A stretch of 49,995 nucleotides of DNA from Opitutia bacterium. Lineage in GTDB: Bacteria > Verrucomicrobiota > Verrucomicrobiia > Opitutales > UBA953. Under the pieces are notes generated by a model, which worked only from the letters and a program-made list of their open reading frames with translations, had not been told where the DNA came from and made no database searches. The DNA lies in NCBI GenBank assembly GCA_037138415.1, contig JBAXIK010000001.1:1-49995 (forward strand). Reading direction: 5' to 3'. Made by a program: the position numbers and the translations under genes. Positions 9,647 to 19,341 of the stretch are shown piece by piece; the first letter of the stretch is position 1; each line of letters opens with the position of its first letter.

Positions 9647-9961
9647 ATGAAAAATCCTCCCAAGTTATCCTGTGCCAAGTGTCATCAGTCAAAACTGGTG
9701 AACGATTTTCACGAAATCCTGATCAGCGGAGAATTGCATCCTTGGTGTCATGACTGTTTAGAGAAACAATTACAGAAAAATCTCGAAGCCAGTAATCGAC
9801 TTAAATTAGCTACGAAGAGACCTTGCACACAGTGTGGAATTACTTTTTCGACTCACAGCTTTCACTGGATAAAATCGACCAAGACTAGACACAGTTACTG
9901 TCGGGCCTGTCATGCTGTTTATATGGCCGTGCGGTATGCGCGGGTTAAATCTGAAAAATAA
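9647..9961 (+). CDS. Small Cys-rich protein with two tandem CxxC-x21-CxxC zinc-ribbon-like modules, function unknown
   Basis: Cysteines sit at residues 9/12/34/37 and 60/63/85/88, with identical spacing in both halves. An AAGGTGG Shine-Dalgarno-like element lies just upstream of the ATG. No family was recognised. Confidence 0.55.
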   Translation: MKNPPKLSCAKCHQSKLVNDFHEILISGELHPWCHDCLEKQLQKNLEASNRLKLATKRPCTQCGITFSTHSFHWIKSTKTRHSYCRACHAVYMAVRYARVKSEK

Positions 9962-9968
9962 AATCCGC

Positions 9969-10043
<75 letters not shown>

Positions 10044-10126
10044 AATCAGCGGAAAATTAAGAGAGTGTTGTAGGAGGTTTTTTTCAAGCGAATAAAACCC
10101 GTGGTAATTCTTAGTTCTGTTCGAAG

Positions 10127-10198
<72 letters not shown>

Positions 10199-10253
10199 TA
10201 ACGAACCCCTTCAACAAAGCGGTTTAATCGTGATTGGTAAAGAAATAAATCGC

Positions 10254-10817
10254 CTAGCGGTGTCCACGCTGTCTGATGGCCTCAAAGAGACAAACCCCTG
10301 TAGACACTGATACATTGAGGCAGGGGACCTCGCCAAGCATCGGAATCCTTATCAGGAAATCGCAAGTCACGGCGGTTAGATGCCTAATCCCATCGCCTTC
10401 GGCACCCATCACGATGGCCAATGGTCCAGTGAGTTTGGCAGCGTAAAGTGATTGGCTAGTTTTGTGGTCGCTCGTACCAGCGATCCAGACTCCCGCGGCT
10501 TTTAATTTTACCAAAGCATTTCGCAAGTTACCTGCCTGAACAATCGGTAAACTTTCAGCGGCACCGACTGCCACCGTGCGTACGGTGTCATTGACGGGTG
10601 AAGAATTCTTTTTGGTGATAATGACAAAAGCACAACCAGCGCATTCAGCTGAACGAATACAGGCGCCGAGATTATGAGGATCCTGGACGCCATCTAAGAT
10701 TAAGATGAGTGGATTCGAAATATCTTTGAGCAGGTCGGGGATATCGTTCTCGTTATATAGTTTGAGCTGACGTTTTAAATCAGCATGTCGAGGCGGGCGA
10801 TCGTCGGACCGAGGCAT
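10254..10817 (-). CDS. SpoU/TrmH-family RNA 2'-O-methyltransferase (RlmB-like catalytic domain only)
   Basis: SPOUT motifs are present: LDGVQDPHNLGACIRSAECAG, IVMGAEGDGI and IPMLGEVPCLNVSVSTG. The start is set at the ATG at 10817, 1 nt after the asd stop. The track's longer ORF to 10874 would overlap asd by 56 nt. Confidence 0.8.
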   Translation of the reverse strand: MPRSDDRPPRHADLKRQLKLYNENDIPDLLKDISNPLILILDGVQDPHNLGACIRSAECAGCAFVIITKKNSSPVNDTVRTVAVGAAESLPIVQAGNLRNALVKLKAAGVWIAGTSDHKTSQSLYAAKLTGPLAIVMGAEGDGIRHLTAVTCDFLIRIPMLGEVPCLNVSVSTGVCLFEAIRQRGHR

Positions 10818-10818
10818 T

Positions 10819-11838
10819 TTACTTGCGGGCGAGTTTGTTGCGTTGGTGCAGGGCTTCCGCAATTTGAATCGCATTCAAAGCGGCACCTTTCCAGAGCTGA
10901 TCGCCACTGACCCAGAATGAAAGACCGTTATCAAACAGGGAGTCTTTACGAATACGTCCCACGCCACACTTTTCTTTACCAGCGTAATCTAAAGGCATCG
11001 GGTAAACTTTTTTCGCTGGCTCATCGCAGATTTCGGATCCAGGGAATTCCGAGATTACTTGGCGAGCGAGGGCGACATCCACAGGCTTTTCAAATTCAGC
11101 ACTGATGGCGATAGAGTGAGCGCGGAAAACGGGAACACGCACACAGGTGGTGGAAACTTTTAAATTAGGAAGGTTCATAATCTTACGACCTTCGTGAAGC
11201 ATCTTCATTTCTTCTTTAGTGTATCCGTCTTCTTGGAAGGAATCGACCTGAGGAATTAAATTAAAGGCGATGGTGTGTGGGTAAACTTTAGGAGGGGAAA
11301 CTTCGCCCTTAACCCAGGCACGTACTTGAGTATCGAGTTCGCGCATCGCTTCAGCACCGGTACCTGAAACGGCTTGATAGGTTGAAGCAAAGAAACGTTT
11401 TAAACCAAAAGCTTTGTGAAGTGGGTAGAGTCCCATTAAAGCGATGGCAGTTGAGCAATTTGGATTAGCGATAATGCCTTTATGGTTATCAAGGGCGTCA
11501 GCATTGATTTCAGGCACTACCAGTGGAACGTCGGGATACATCCGAAAGGCAGAGCTATTATCGATGACGATAACGCCGCGCTTTACGGCCTCTGGGGCGA
11601 GGGCTAGGGACACAGAACCACCTGCACTAAAAATGGCAAAATCTAGGCCCTCAAAGGCCTCTGGCTTGGCTTCCTGAACGATCCAATCCTTGCCACCATA
11701 ACTAATCTTAGATCCAGCCGAGCGGGCCGATGCTAAGGGGCGAAGTTCCTTTACGGGAAAATTTCTTTTCGCCATAAGTGAGAGCAATTCTTGACCGACT
11801 GCGCCAGTCACGCCCACGATGCCTATACGATATGACAT
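10819..11838 (-). CDS. asd: Aspartate-semialdehyde dehydrogenase
   Basis: NAD(P) motif IGIVGVTGAVGQE, active-site region IANPNCSTIA-like (IANPNCSTAIAL), and length 339 aa. Confidence 0.93.
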   Translation of the reverse strand: MSYRIGIVGVTGAVGQELLSLMAKRNFPVKELRPLASARSAGSKISYGGKDWIVQEAKPEAFEGLDFAIFSAGGSVSLALAPEAVKRGVIVIDNSSAFRMYPDVPLVVPEINADALDNHKGIIANPNCSTAIALMGLYPLHKAFGLKRFFASTYQAVSGTGAEAMRELDTQVRAWVKGEVSPPKVYPHTIAFNLIPQVDSFQEDGYTKEEMKMLHEGRKIMNLPNLKVSTTCVRVPVFRAHSIAISAEFEKPVDVALARQVISEFPGSEICDEPAKKVYPMPLDYAGKEKCGVGRIRKDSLFDNGLSFWVSGDQLWKGAALNAIQIAEALHQRNKLARK

Positions 11839-11903
11839 GTTTAGATAAATCTTTGGTTTTAAAGGGGGAGTTAGCCGAGCGCCTAAAGGTACAGGGACTT
11901 CCT

Positions 11904-12389
11904 ATGGCAAAAGAATGCTTGGTTGTGTCGATTGACCAGCAAAAACTTTGGCATTTTAATCAAAACAACTGTGCAGAGTATATTATCAGCACAGCTAGGG
12001 CAGGTAAGGGCTGTGTGCAGGACTCTTTGCAGACACCCACAGGGCTACATCGAATTGCAGAAAAAATCGGGTCAGACGCACCCGTGGGTATGATCTTTAA
12101 GGCTCGAAAACCAACTGGAGAAATTTGGAATAATCGTCCTACGACCGAAGATAACTTAATCACCAGTCGGATTTTTTGGCTCCAAGGATGTGAAAATGGC
12201 CTTAATCAAGGCCTAGATTCCTCGGGCAAAGTCGTAGATACAAAAGAACGTTACATTTATATTCACGGAACTAACCAGCACGAAAAACTTGGGACTCCGA
12301 ATAGTCACGGCTGTGTTTTATTATCTGATAAAGATATTATAAAACTTTTTGAATCCGTTGACGTGGGTACTTACGTGTATCTTAGCTAA
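11904..12389 (+). CDS. YkuD-domain (L,D-transpeptidase catalytic domain) protein without a signal peptide
   Basis: The catalytic motif IYIHGTNQHEKLGTPNSHGCVLL (His...Cys) is present. The start is uncertain among 11778, 11832 and 11904. The ATG at 11904 avoids overlap with the divergent asd, and none of the options adds a hydrophobic leader. Confidence 0.7.
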   Translation: MAKECLVVSIDQQKLWHFNQNNCAEYIISTARAGKGCVQDSLQTPTGLHRIAEKIGSDAPVGMIFKARKPTGEIWNNRPTTEDNLITSRIFWLQGCENGLNQGLDSSGKVVDTKERYIYIHGTNQHEKLGTPNSHGCVLLSDKDIIKLFESVDVGTYVYLS

Positions 12390-12390
12390 A

Positions 12391-14484
12391 TTATTCCTCG
12401 GATGGAGTGTTGTTCGAGTTAATCCACTCCTTAATCATGGCTTGAGCTACGGGGCCGGCGGTTAATCCGCCCCAAGTGTTCGTATCAACCTGACCCTCCA
12501 CTAAAACAGCAAAAGCGACCTTTGGGTTCTTGGCGGGTGCATAGCCGATAATCCAAGCCAGGTGGGCTTTTTGTCCGGATTTAAAATATTCAGCAGTCCC
12601 CGTTTTGGCTGCGAATTGGAATCCAGGAATTTGAATAGAACGTGCGGTACCTTCCGTCACACAGCGAATCATTCCAGAGCGAATGGCATTTAATTGATTT
12701 CGATTCAGTCCAATCGGTCGAGAGTCTTGGTGATAAGGAATTCTCGTCGGATCATGGAAAATAGTGGGTGTAGTGCGTGTTTCGCCTCGCGCAATCGATG
12801 CTGCAAAACAAGCCATGTGCAGTGGGGTAGTTAAGATGAAGCCTTGTCCGATTGAAGTATTAACGGTGTCACCCGCCGTCCAACTACCTTGTCCTAATTG
12901 CTCTTTATAGGTTGAGTCTGGAACAACCATTTTTCGTGCCGGCGATGGGAGTTCGTACTGGCTAGCATTTTCAGCACCCATAACGCCTGGGTTAGCTTTA
13001 AGTAATACTTTGTCTAAACCAAATCGTCGGGCTTCTTGCGCAAGTAAATCGGGGCCAACCATCAAGCCTACGCGGTAGTTCCAAACGTTGCACGAGATAG
13101 CCAACATTTTTTCAATATCTACTTGTCCAAATCCATAAGGTTCGTGTTCGGGGAAGTCTCGATTTCCGACTCTCAGACTTGGACCACAATCTAAAATATC
13201 ATCGTAATCAATTTTTCCACTACGCATCCCGGTAATTGCGGTAATAATTTTAAAAGTAGAGCCAGGAGCATAAAGTCCTTGGATCGCACGATTCATCCAA
13301 CCACCTTGGTCTTGAATCTCATCGTAGTACTTGTTGGTTACTTTGCTCGCTAAGCGATTGGGGTCATAGCTGGGCTGACTGGTTATAGCTAGGATCTCAC
13401 CTGTATTAACATCGAGCATCACGGCTGCACCAGGTAATGGATTACCGACCGTATCTTTGATAGAACCTAAGGCTTTTTCTGCCGCGACTTGCACATTGGC
13501 GTCTAGTGATAAGCGAATAATGCCCCCTTCTCGTGAGGGATAACTTTCTAGAAGTTCACGTTTGTAACCTGCAGAAGTTTTTGTCCAGCGTTCCCAACCA
13601 CTGGAGCCTCTGAGAGCATAATCGTGAGTTTGCTCAACCCCTTCAGCCCCCACTTTACCGGTATATTTAGACTTGCTCAGTTTCTTGAAGGAAATCTCAA
13701 AGTTGGCATCAAAATCCTCGGGCAGCTGATTCGTGTCCTTAACGTAGCCGAGGGTGTGACACGCCAAAGAACCAAAAGGGTAGGAACGAATCATGTCGGA
13801 CTCAATCGTGATGGGTCCATCAACCGGGAACTGCTCAATAAATCGGGCAATTGAGCGATCAGCTTCTTCGTCTAAAATTTGGTTTCTTAATTCGGGAAAA
13901 GTTAAATCCGAGATCAGCGTGAACTTTAAAATTCGCGAGTCGCGCATGTGTTTCGCAAGAGCCGAGACATTTACCTGGCGCTCGGGGCTGTTGGCTAGAA
14001 ACTTTACCCTCTTTTTTTCGGAGGGAGATTTTTTCTGATTACTGGCATCGATCACAAACCAGATTTTTTTTAGCCATCGATTGAGAATGTTGACCCGTGC
14101 CTCTTGGTGTAGGGCTTCATAATTAATTTTCGTGTTACTTTCTTTAGCTTTTTCAGCCTTAACTAATGATTTGTATTCTTTGTCAATTTCACCTTCCAGA
14201 CTTAATAAATTAGCTCTCACGCTCCAACGAACGCGATTCTCCACCAAGGTTATTTCATTCCGATCTTTGATTAAGCCCCGGGTGGGTGGGCGCCAGACAA
14301 TCACTTCACTTTGTGAGTTAGCTTGGTCGATTAGGTCCTTGGACTGAATGAGCTGACGATAAAACAATCCGCAAAAGATGTAAATGAATCCAACGGCGAA
14401 GACCGTAAAGATGAGATACATCCGCCATGGCGTAATGGGTGCAGACGGTACAGATATTTTATTAAGAGTATCGTCCGGACTCAT
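12391..14484 (-). CDS. mrdA: Penicillin-binding protein 2 (elongasome D,D-transpeptidase)
   Basis: It has an N-terminal TM anchor (WRMYLIFTVFAVGFIYIFCGLF) and the transpeptidase motifs STFK (APGSTFKII), SCN-type (AISCNVW) and KTGT (AKTGTAE). The ATG at 14484 forms an ATGA overlap with the mreD stop. Confidence 0.9.
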   Translation of the reverse strand: MSPDDTLNKISVPSAPITPWRMYLIFTVFAVGFIYIFCGLFYRQLIQSKDLIDQANSQSEVIVWRPPTRGLIKDRNEITLVENRVRWSVRANLLSLEGEIDKEYKSLVKAEKAKESNTKINYEALHQEARVNILNRWLKKIWFVIDASNQKKSPSEKKRVKFLANSPERQVNVSALAKHMRDSRILKFTLISDLTFPELRNQILDEEADRSIARFIEQFPVDGPITIESDMIRSYPFGSLACHTLGYVKDTNQLPEDFDANFEISFKKLSKSKYTGKVGAEGVEQTHDYALRGSSGWERWTKTSAGYKRELLESYPSREGGIIRLSLDANVQVAAEKALGSIKDTVGNPLPGAAVMLDVNTGEILAITSQPSYDPNRLASKVTNKYYDEIQDQGGWMNRAIQGLYAPGSTFKIITAITGMRSGKIDYDDILDCGPSLRVGNRDFPEHEPYGFGQVDIEKMLAISCNVWNYRVGLMVGPDLLAQEARRFGLDKVLLKANPGVMGAENASQYELPSPARKMVVPDSTYKEQLGQGSWTAGDTVNTSIGQGFILTTPLHMACFAASIARGETRTTPTIFHDPTRIPYHQDSRPIGLNRNQLNAIRSGMIRCVTEGTARSIQIPGFQFAAKTGTAEYFKSGQKAHLAWIIGYAPAKNPKVAFAVLVEGQVDTNTWGGLTAGPVAQAMIKEWINSNNTPSEE

Positions 14485-15005
14485 AATAAATCCTGTGCAC
14501 TCGGCACCCCGATTAAATCCATAACCCAATTCTGTGTGGTCGTAAGAGGGATGATGATTACCAATCCCATTAAGCCTGAGAGGGTAGCTTGAATAGAAGC
14601 CTGGTAAATGAGGTTATAGATGTCAGTGGGCGCTTGAGACTCATAGGCTGCGGCACTAAACCAGATAATCGCTACGCAGGCGTTAACCAGCACTGCCGCT
14701 TGAATCGTTGCTAACGTAGTGCGCAAATAAGAGCGATAGTTCCCAAGTAAAATGGCGATAGAGACCAGCGAGATGGCTACGGATCCATTCGGTATCGGAC
14801 GGTAGGCTTCGAACATGAAGCCGACGCAGCCCGCGAATAAAACAGCCTGCCAACGCTTTAATCTACGACAAGGGGCAATCAGAGCGGCACCGGTAATAAA
14901 ATAATTAAGACCCGAACTCGCTAAGGTGCTGGAGAATAAATCAGCGACAAACAGCCAAGGGTAGGTCGCAAGAATCAGAAAAAACCAAGCCCATGGTATG
15001 CTCAT
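14481..15005 (-). CDS. mreD: Rod shape-determining protein MreD
   Basis: A small polytopic membrane protein in the conserved position between mreC and mrdA, with ATGA overlaps at both ends. Confidence 0.8.
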   Translation of the reverse strand: MSIPWAWFFLILATYPWLFVADLFSSTLASSGLNYFITGAALIAPCRRLKRWQAVLFAGCVGFMFEAYRPIPNGSVAISLVSIAILLGNYRSYLRTTLATIQAAVLVNACVAIIWFSAAAYESQAPTDIYNLIYQASIQATLSGLMGLVIIIPLTTTQNWVMDLIGVPSAQDLL

Positions 15006-15895
15006 TTAAATTCCTCCAACTTGATTTTCTCAGAAGGCGCTAAAAGAATTTCGTTAGCCGTAGGGTATTGAGGAACGAGTACCGAAACTTCCTCGATCAT
15101 ATTTAAATCTTTAGCCGGATTTAAATCCGCAACTTTGTAATTGTCGTCTGTACTCATGCGAATAGCACCATCGACTTCGCCGAGAATTAAACCTGATGGA
15201 AAGACGCCGCCTAATCCCGTGGTCAAAACTTTGATGGGTTGACCGGTCGGCGGATTATAATCGATGGGAATAGCAGTGACTTTCGCCTTACTCGGCGAGA
15301 GTGAGTTGGCGGCATCACCGCGGACATATACAATGCGTCGCTTTTCATCGCTGATTAAAAATGCCGTACAACGAAATGTTGGGCTCGTTACTAAATCCAC
15401 TTCACTCACATTTAAATGTACGGCAGAAACGCGTCCAATAACTCGATCGCTGAATATTACGGGACTACCTGGGCGAATACCGTCGTTCCGACCTTTACGG
15501 ATGATGATTTTTTGCCACCACGACGAGCTGTCGCGTGAAATGACGCGTGCCACGACGGTGAAAAATTCTGAATTACTCGTATAGCGTGCGTTTTCGCGTA
15601 AGCGGGTATTTTCTCGGCGAATGTCATCCATCGAATGAATTCGGAGTTCTAAAGCAGCATTAATACGCGCGAGATCTCTCGAGGCGGAGATGAGTTCTTC
15701 GTGGCTGCGACTTTTTAATTCCCAGTAACGAGCAAGGTCGCTTCCTTTGCTAACAATCTGTAAGGCCGGTGCTTGGAATTCAGCGAACGTTTCTTTCGTG
15801 AATCGATGCAGGGCACTGGCACCCCACATCCAAATCAAAATAAAAACGATTAAAGCAATGTAAGATGCCTTAGCGCCTTTTTGGTGGTTATTCAT
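15002..15895 (-). CDS. mreC: Rod shape-determining protein MreC
   Basis: It has an N-terminal TM segment, a coiled-coil region (ELRIHSMDDIRRENTRLRE) and a beta-rich C-terminal domain (GLGGVFPSGLILGEV), and sits directly downstream of mreB. Confidence 0.88.
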   Translation of the reverse strand: MNNHQKGAKASYIALIVFILIWMWGASALHRFTKETFAEFQAPALQIVSKGSDLARYWELKSRSHEELISASRDLARINAALELRIHSMDDIRRENTRLRENARYTSNSEFFTVVARVISRDSSSWWQKIIIRKGRNDGIRPGSPVIFSDRVIGRVSAVHLNVSEVDLVTSPTFRCTAFLISDEKRRIVYVRGDAANSLSPSKAKVTAIPIDYNPPTGQPIKVLTTGLGGVFPSGLILGEVDGAIRMSTDDNYKVADLNPAKDLNMIEEVSVLVPQYPTANEILLAPSEKIKLEEFK

Positions 15896-15915
15896 GGCGG
15901 GTTAGCCCGCTTAAA

Positions 15916-16932
15916 TTAGTCGCGTCCGCTCCAGCGGGAGGCGTTGCCCAAAATTTTACCCGTACCATTAACCACGGCACAGAGAGGATCTTCCGCGACG
16001 ATGACAGGAAGACCGGTGGCTTCGGAAATGGCACGGTCGATGCGACGGATTAGAGCACCGCCACCCGCAATCACAATACCACGGTCGACTAAGTCAGCAG
16101 AAAGTTCAGGAGGAATACGTTCCAGGGAGCCTTTGATGGCTTCGATGATTTGGTTAATGTTATCAGCCATCGCCTCACGTACTTCTTGAGAAGTGAGGTG
16201 GAGAGAGCGGGGGAGGCCAGTTACTGAGTCGCGACCACGTACTTCGTGGGTCATCTCTTGTTCTAAAGCATACGCCGAACCGATTTTAATCTTAATTTCT
16301 TCAGCGGTGCGCTCACCGATGATGAGATTATATGAATTCTTAATATACTTAATAATCGCCGAATCAAATTCATCACCACCGACGCGAATGGAGCGTGCAT
16401 GGACAATACCGCCGAGTGAGATTACGGCGACCTCAGTAGTACCGCCACCGATATCCACAATCATCGACGCCATGGGTTCTTCAACCGGTAAGCCCACGCC
16501 AATTGCCGATGCAACAGGTTCAGGGATAGTGATTACATCGTCAGCACCGGCGCGATAAGCGGAATCCATCACAGCGCGACGTTCAACCGCGGTGATACCA
16601 TAAGGAACTGCTACTACGACGGTGAGATTTGAGAAAATAGATTTACGAGCTACTTTGCCGATGAAGTAGCGAAGCATGTGTTCGCTGATTTCGAAGTCGG
16701 CGATGACACCATCTTTCATTGGACGCAGCGCTTGGATGTCTCCCGGAGTACGACCAAGCATCATCTTCGCTTCGTTACCTACAGCGATTGGCTTGCGAGT
16801 GCTAGTACGAATGGCGACCACGGAAGGTTCTCTAAGGACAACGCCTCGGTCTTTGAGAAAGACCAAAGTATTGGCGGTACCTAGGTCGATACCAATGGCT
16901 TGGGTAAATAGCCCTGGGAAACGCTTAAACAT
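15916..16932 (-). CDS. mreB: Rod shape-determining actin homologue MreB
   Basis: Actin-fold phosphate and adenosine motifs are present: IGIDLGTANTLV, MIVDIGGGTTEVAVISLGG and IVIAGGGALI. Confidence 0.97.
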   Translation of the reverse strand: MFKRFPGLFTQAIGIDLGTANTLVFLKDRGVVLREPSVVAIRTSTRKPIAVGNEAKMMLGRTPGDIQALRPMKDGVIADFEISEHMLRYFIGKVARKSIFSNLTVVVAVPYGITAVERRAVMDSAYRAGADDVITIPEPVASAIGVGLPVEEPMASMIVDIGGGTTEVAVISLGGIVHARSIRVGGDEFDSAIIKYIKNSYNLIIGERTAEEIKIKIGSAYALEQEMTHEVRGRDSVTGLPRSLHLTSQEVREAMADNINQIIEAIKGSLERIPPELSADLVDRGIVIAGGGALIRRIDRAISEATGLPVIVAEDPLCAVVNGTGKILGNASRWSGRD

Positions 16933-17040
16933 CAGTCGTAGTGGTTGAAGTGGTTAAACATCTTATCATTTAAGTAGTCAAACCCCTTTTGGTCACTAAC
17001 TCGGCAAACTTAAATCATAATAAAGATAATAAAATAGGGC

Positions 17041-18006
17041 CTAGAAGTATCCTAAGCTCTTTGCACCAAGTAATAGCAGGCCGGCGATGATTCGGTACCA
17101 GGCGAAGGGCTTAAGTCCGCGACGCATAATAAATCCGATCATCCATTTTACAGAAATGAATGCAGCCAGCGCTGCGACTAAGAGTCCGAGGCTCGCATTT
17201 CCAATCGGGTAGACCTTGAGCAGGGCAGGTCCGAGCGAGTACATTTTGTAAACTGACGCGGCAGATAAAATCACGAAGCCAACGAGGAATGAGAATTCGG
17301 TCGCGACAGCGGAGGACAGTCCGGCCCAGCGACCGCCTAAGATGGTAGCCAATGAACGGCTAGTCCCGGGGATGAGCGCAACGCATTGGCAAAGTCCAAT
17401 CCACACTGCCTGTTGGGGTGTCACATTTAATTCACCGGTATTATCGGAAGGGATTTTTGGTAATTTTTCCTCCGCGATAATTATTACGAATCCACCAATG
17501 ATTAAGGCGAGAGCGACGATGGTTACATTGAAGGGTATGTAATCCTTGACGAGTAATCCTACTATCGCTGCGGGTAAAAAGGCGATGAGTACGGCGAGAG
17601 CCAAGAAAATGGAACTGCGACGTCCTTTAAAAATTCCAATGATCACCGAACTCATTCGTTGATAAAAAATAAATAGCACGGCGAGAATCGCACCGAGCTG
17701 AATGATGACAATGTAGTCATCTGCGATTTTTTCGAGCGAGAGTCGGCGACCTTTTCGATCAACCACGCTGGCTTCTACCTGGGTTGAACTTTTGTCGACA
17801 CCCATAACGGCATCACTAATAATCATATGGCCGGTTGAGGAGACGGGGAGGTATTCGGTGATGCCTTCAACGAGTCCGGTGACTATGGCACGTTGGGTGG
17901 TGAATTGATCTCGAACTTCTTCCGCCGTTTTATCTGGGTTGCTTTGCTCGGCTCCAAATAAAGCAAAAGGGCAAATCAGGAATAAAAACAACAGGGTACG
18001 AGGCAT
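17041..18006 (-). CDS. uppP: Undecaprenyl-diphosphate phosphatase (BacA/UppP) with an extra N-terminal signal-like segment
   Basis: BacA motifs are present: VEGITEYLPVSSTGHMII, IIQLGAILAV and PGTSRSLATILGG. The N-terminus MPRTLLFLFLICPFALFGA looks like a signal peptide. Confidence 0.9.
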   Translation of the reverse strand: MPRTLLFLFLICPFALFGAEQSNPDKTAEEVRDQFTTQRAIVTGLVEGITEYLPVSSTGHMIISDAVMGVDKSSTQVEASVVDRKGRRLSLEKIADDYIVIIQLGAILAVLFIFYQRMSSVIIGIFKGRRSSIFLALAVLIAFLPAAIVGLLVKDYIPFNVTIVALALIIGGFVIIIAEEKLPKIPSDNTGELNVTPQQAVWIGLCQCVALIPGTSRSLATILGGRWAGLSSAVATEFSFLVGFVILSAASVYKMYSLGPALLKVYPIGNASLGLLVAALAAFISVKWMIGFIMRRGLKPFAWYRIIAGLLLLGAKSLGYF

Positions 18007-18102
18007 AGATTTATCTGATATAAGAAGAAATGAAGCGCAAGACTACGATTTCGCCTTGTCGCTTGCCCTTCGTCTTACTTGGCTCTTTATCTTATTTTAA
18101 TT

Positions 18103-19338
18103 ATGTCCGCTTCGAGTCTCATTCCAACCAAAGAACCACGCTTCCAGGTACCTGATGTCCGCGGACGTTTTGGTCAGTTTGGCGGAATGTTTGTTCCAGA
18201 AACTTTGATGACTCCACTTTTAGAGTTATCAAAAGCATACGCTGAAGCTCGACGTGATCCATCGTTTCAAAATGACTTCACGAACATGTTACGTGAATTT
18301 GCCGGTCGTCCGACTGGACTGTACTTCGCAGAGTCGCTCACTAAACATTTTGGTGGTGCTCGAATTTATTTAAAGCGTGAAGACTTGCTGCATACAGGTG
18401 CACATAAAATTAACAACGCCATCGGCCAAGCCTTGCTCGCCATTCGTATGGGCAAGAAGCGCATCATTGCCGAAACGGGCGCTGGACAGCACGGAGTAGC
18501 CACCGCTGCCGTATGTGCTAAATTTGGTTTAAAGTGCGTCATCTACATGGGTGCGGAAGACATGGAACGCCAGGCCCTCAATGTTTATAAGATGCGTCTC
18601 ATGGGCGCTGAAGTCCGTGGAGTCGAAGCAGGACAGAAGACCCTCAAAGAGGCAGTTAATGAAGCCATGCGTGATTGGGTGACTAATGTCCGCGATACAC
18701 ATTATATTTTAGGAACGGCTTATGGCTCACACCCTTATCCGATGATGGTGCGTGATTTTCACCGCATTATATCGATGGAATCTAAGCAGCAGATGTTGCG
18801 TGCCGAAAATAAATTGCCTGATCACGTCGTCGCCTGCGTCGGCGGTGGATCCAATGCGATTGGTTCTTTCTTTGAATATTTAGACGAACCTGAAGTTGAA
18901 CTCATCGGCGTTGAAGCGGGTGGTCGCGGTATTGTCGAAGGTCAACACGCCGCCCGATTTGCTGGTGGTCGTCTCGGTGTACTCCAAGGTTGCCTCACCC
19001 ACATTTTACAAAATAGCGAAGGACAAATCGAAGGCACCCATTCTGTGTCTGCGGGATTGGACTACGCAGCGGTCGGACCTGAGCACGCTTACTATCACGA
19101 CAAAGGTAGAATTAAATTCGCTTATGCTACCGATGAAGAATGTCTCGATGCCTTTAAATTATTATCGAGCAAAGAGGGGATTATTCCTGCTCTGGAAACG
19201 AGTCACGCTGTGGCCTATGGCTGTAAGCTAGCTTCGGACAGTCCTCGAACATCCACCGTCTTAATTAATTTATCGGGTCGTGGTGATAAAGACGTTTGGA
19301 GTGCAGCTCGTGCGATGGGCGTTCAAATCAAACTTTAG
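18103..19338 (+). CDS. trpB: Tryptophan synthase beta chain
   Basis: Contains [13 protein letters not shown], the PLP lysine region [10 protein letters not shown], and GGGSNAIG. The ATG at 18103 is preferred over the track's TTG at 18079. No trpA is adjacent. Confidence 0.93.
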   Translation: MSASSLIPTKEPRFQVPDVRGRFGQFGGMFVPETLMTPLLELSKAYAEARRDPSFQNDFTNMLREFAGRPTGLYFAESLTKHFGGARIYLKREDLLHTGAHKINNAIGQALLAIRMGKKRIIAETGAGQHGVATAAVCAKFGLKCVIYMGAEDMERQALNVYKMRLMGAEVRGVEAGQKTLKEAVNEAMRDWVTNVRDTHYILGTAYGSHPYPMMVRDFHRIISMESKQQMLRAENKLPDHVVACVGGGSNAIGSFFEYLDEPEVELIGVEAGGRGIVEGQHAARFAGGRLGVLQGCLTHILQNSEGQIEGTHSVSAGLDYAAVGPEHAYYHDKGRIKFAYATDEECLDAFKLLSSKEGIIPALETSHAVAYGCKLASDSPRTSTVLINLSGRGDKDVWSAARAMGVQIKL

Positions 19339-19341
19339 TTT

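Noticed and set aside
9940-9968. Hairpin GCGGGTT...AATCCGC between the Cys-rich ORF stop and the tRNA 3' end, as a possible bidirectional terminator
   Set aside because: The stem is only 7 bp with a G-T pair, and the loop is 15 nt and A-rich with no proper U-tract. The 5' arm lies inside the coding sequence. The evidence is too weak.
14064-14071. T8 (A8 on the coding strand) homopolymer inside mrdA as a possible phase-variation tract
   Set aside because: It is in frame (encoding LKKIW) in an essential-type gene. It is short, and nothing indicates a frameshifted variant.
16193-16558. 121-aa plus-strand ORF, plus several 60-120 aa ORFs antisense to mreB, the ABC-F gene, the MFS gene, the PBP2 gene and others
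   Set aside because: These are shadow ORFs lying entirely inside strongly supported genes on the opposite strand or in another frame. Their Arg/Ser/Pro-rich low-complexity translations match no recognisable motif.
18007-18102. Possible trp leader peptide or attenuator upstream of trpB (small ORF starting at 18030)
   Set aside because: The ~43-codon ORF contains no Trp codons. It overlaps the trpB start out of frame, and no terminator/antiterminator hairpins are evident.
18103-19338. Stand-alone trpB without trpA as an anomaly
   Set aside because: The sequence has canonical TrpB1 motifs. Dispersed trp and his genes (hisS, hisF and hisC are also scattered) look like the normal organisation of this genome rather than a special feature.
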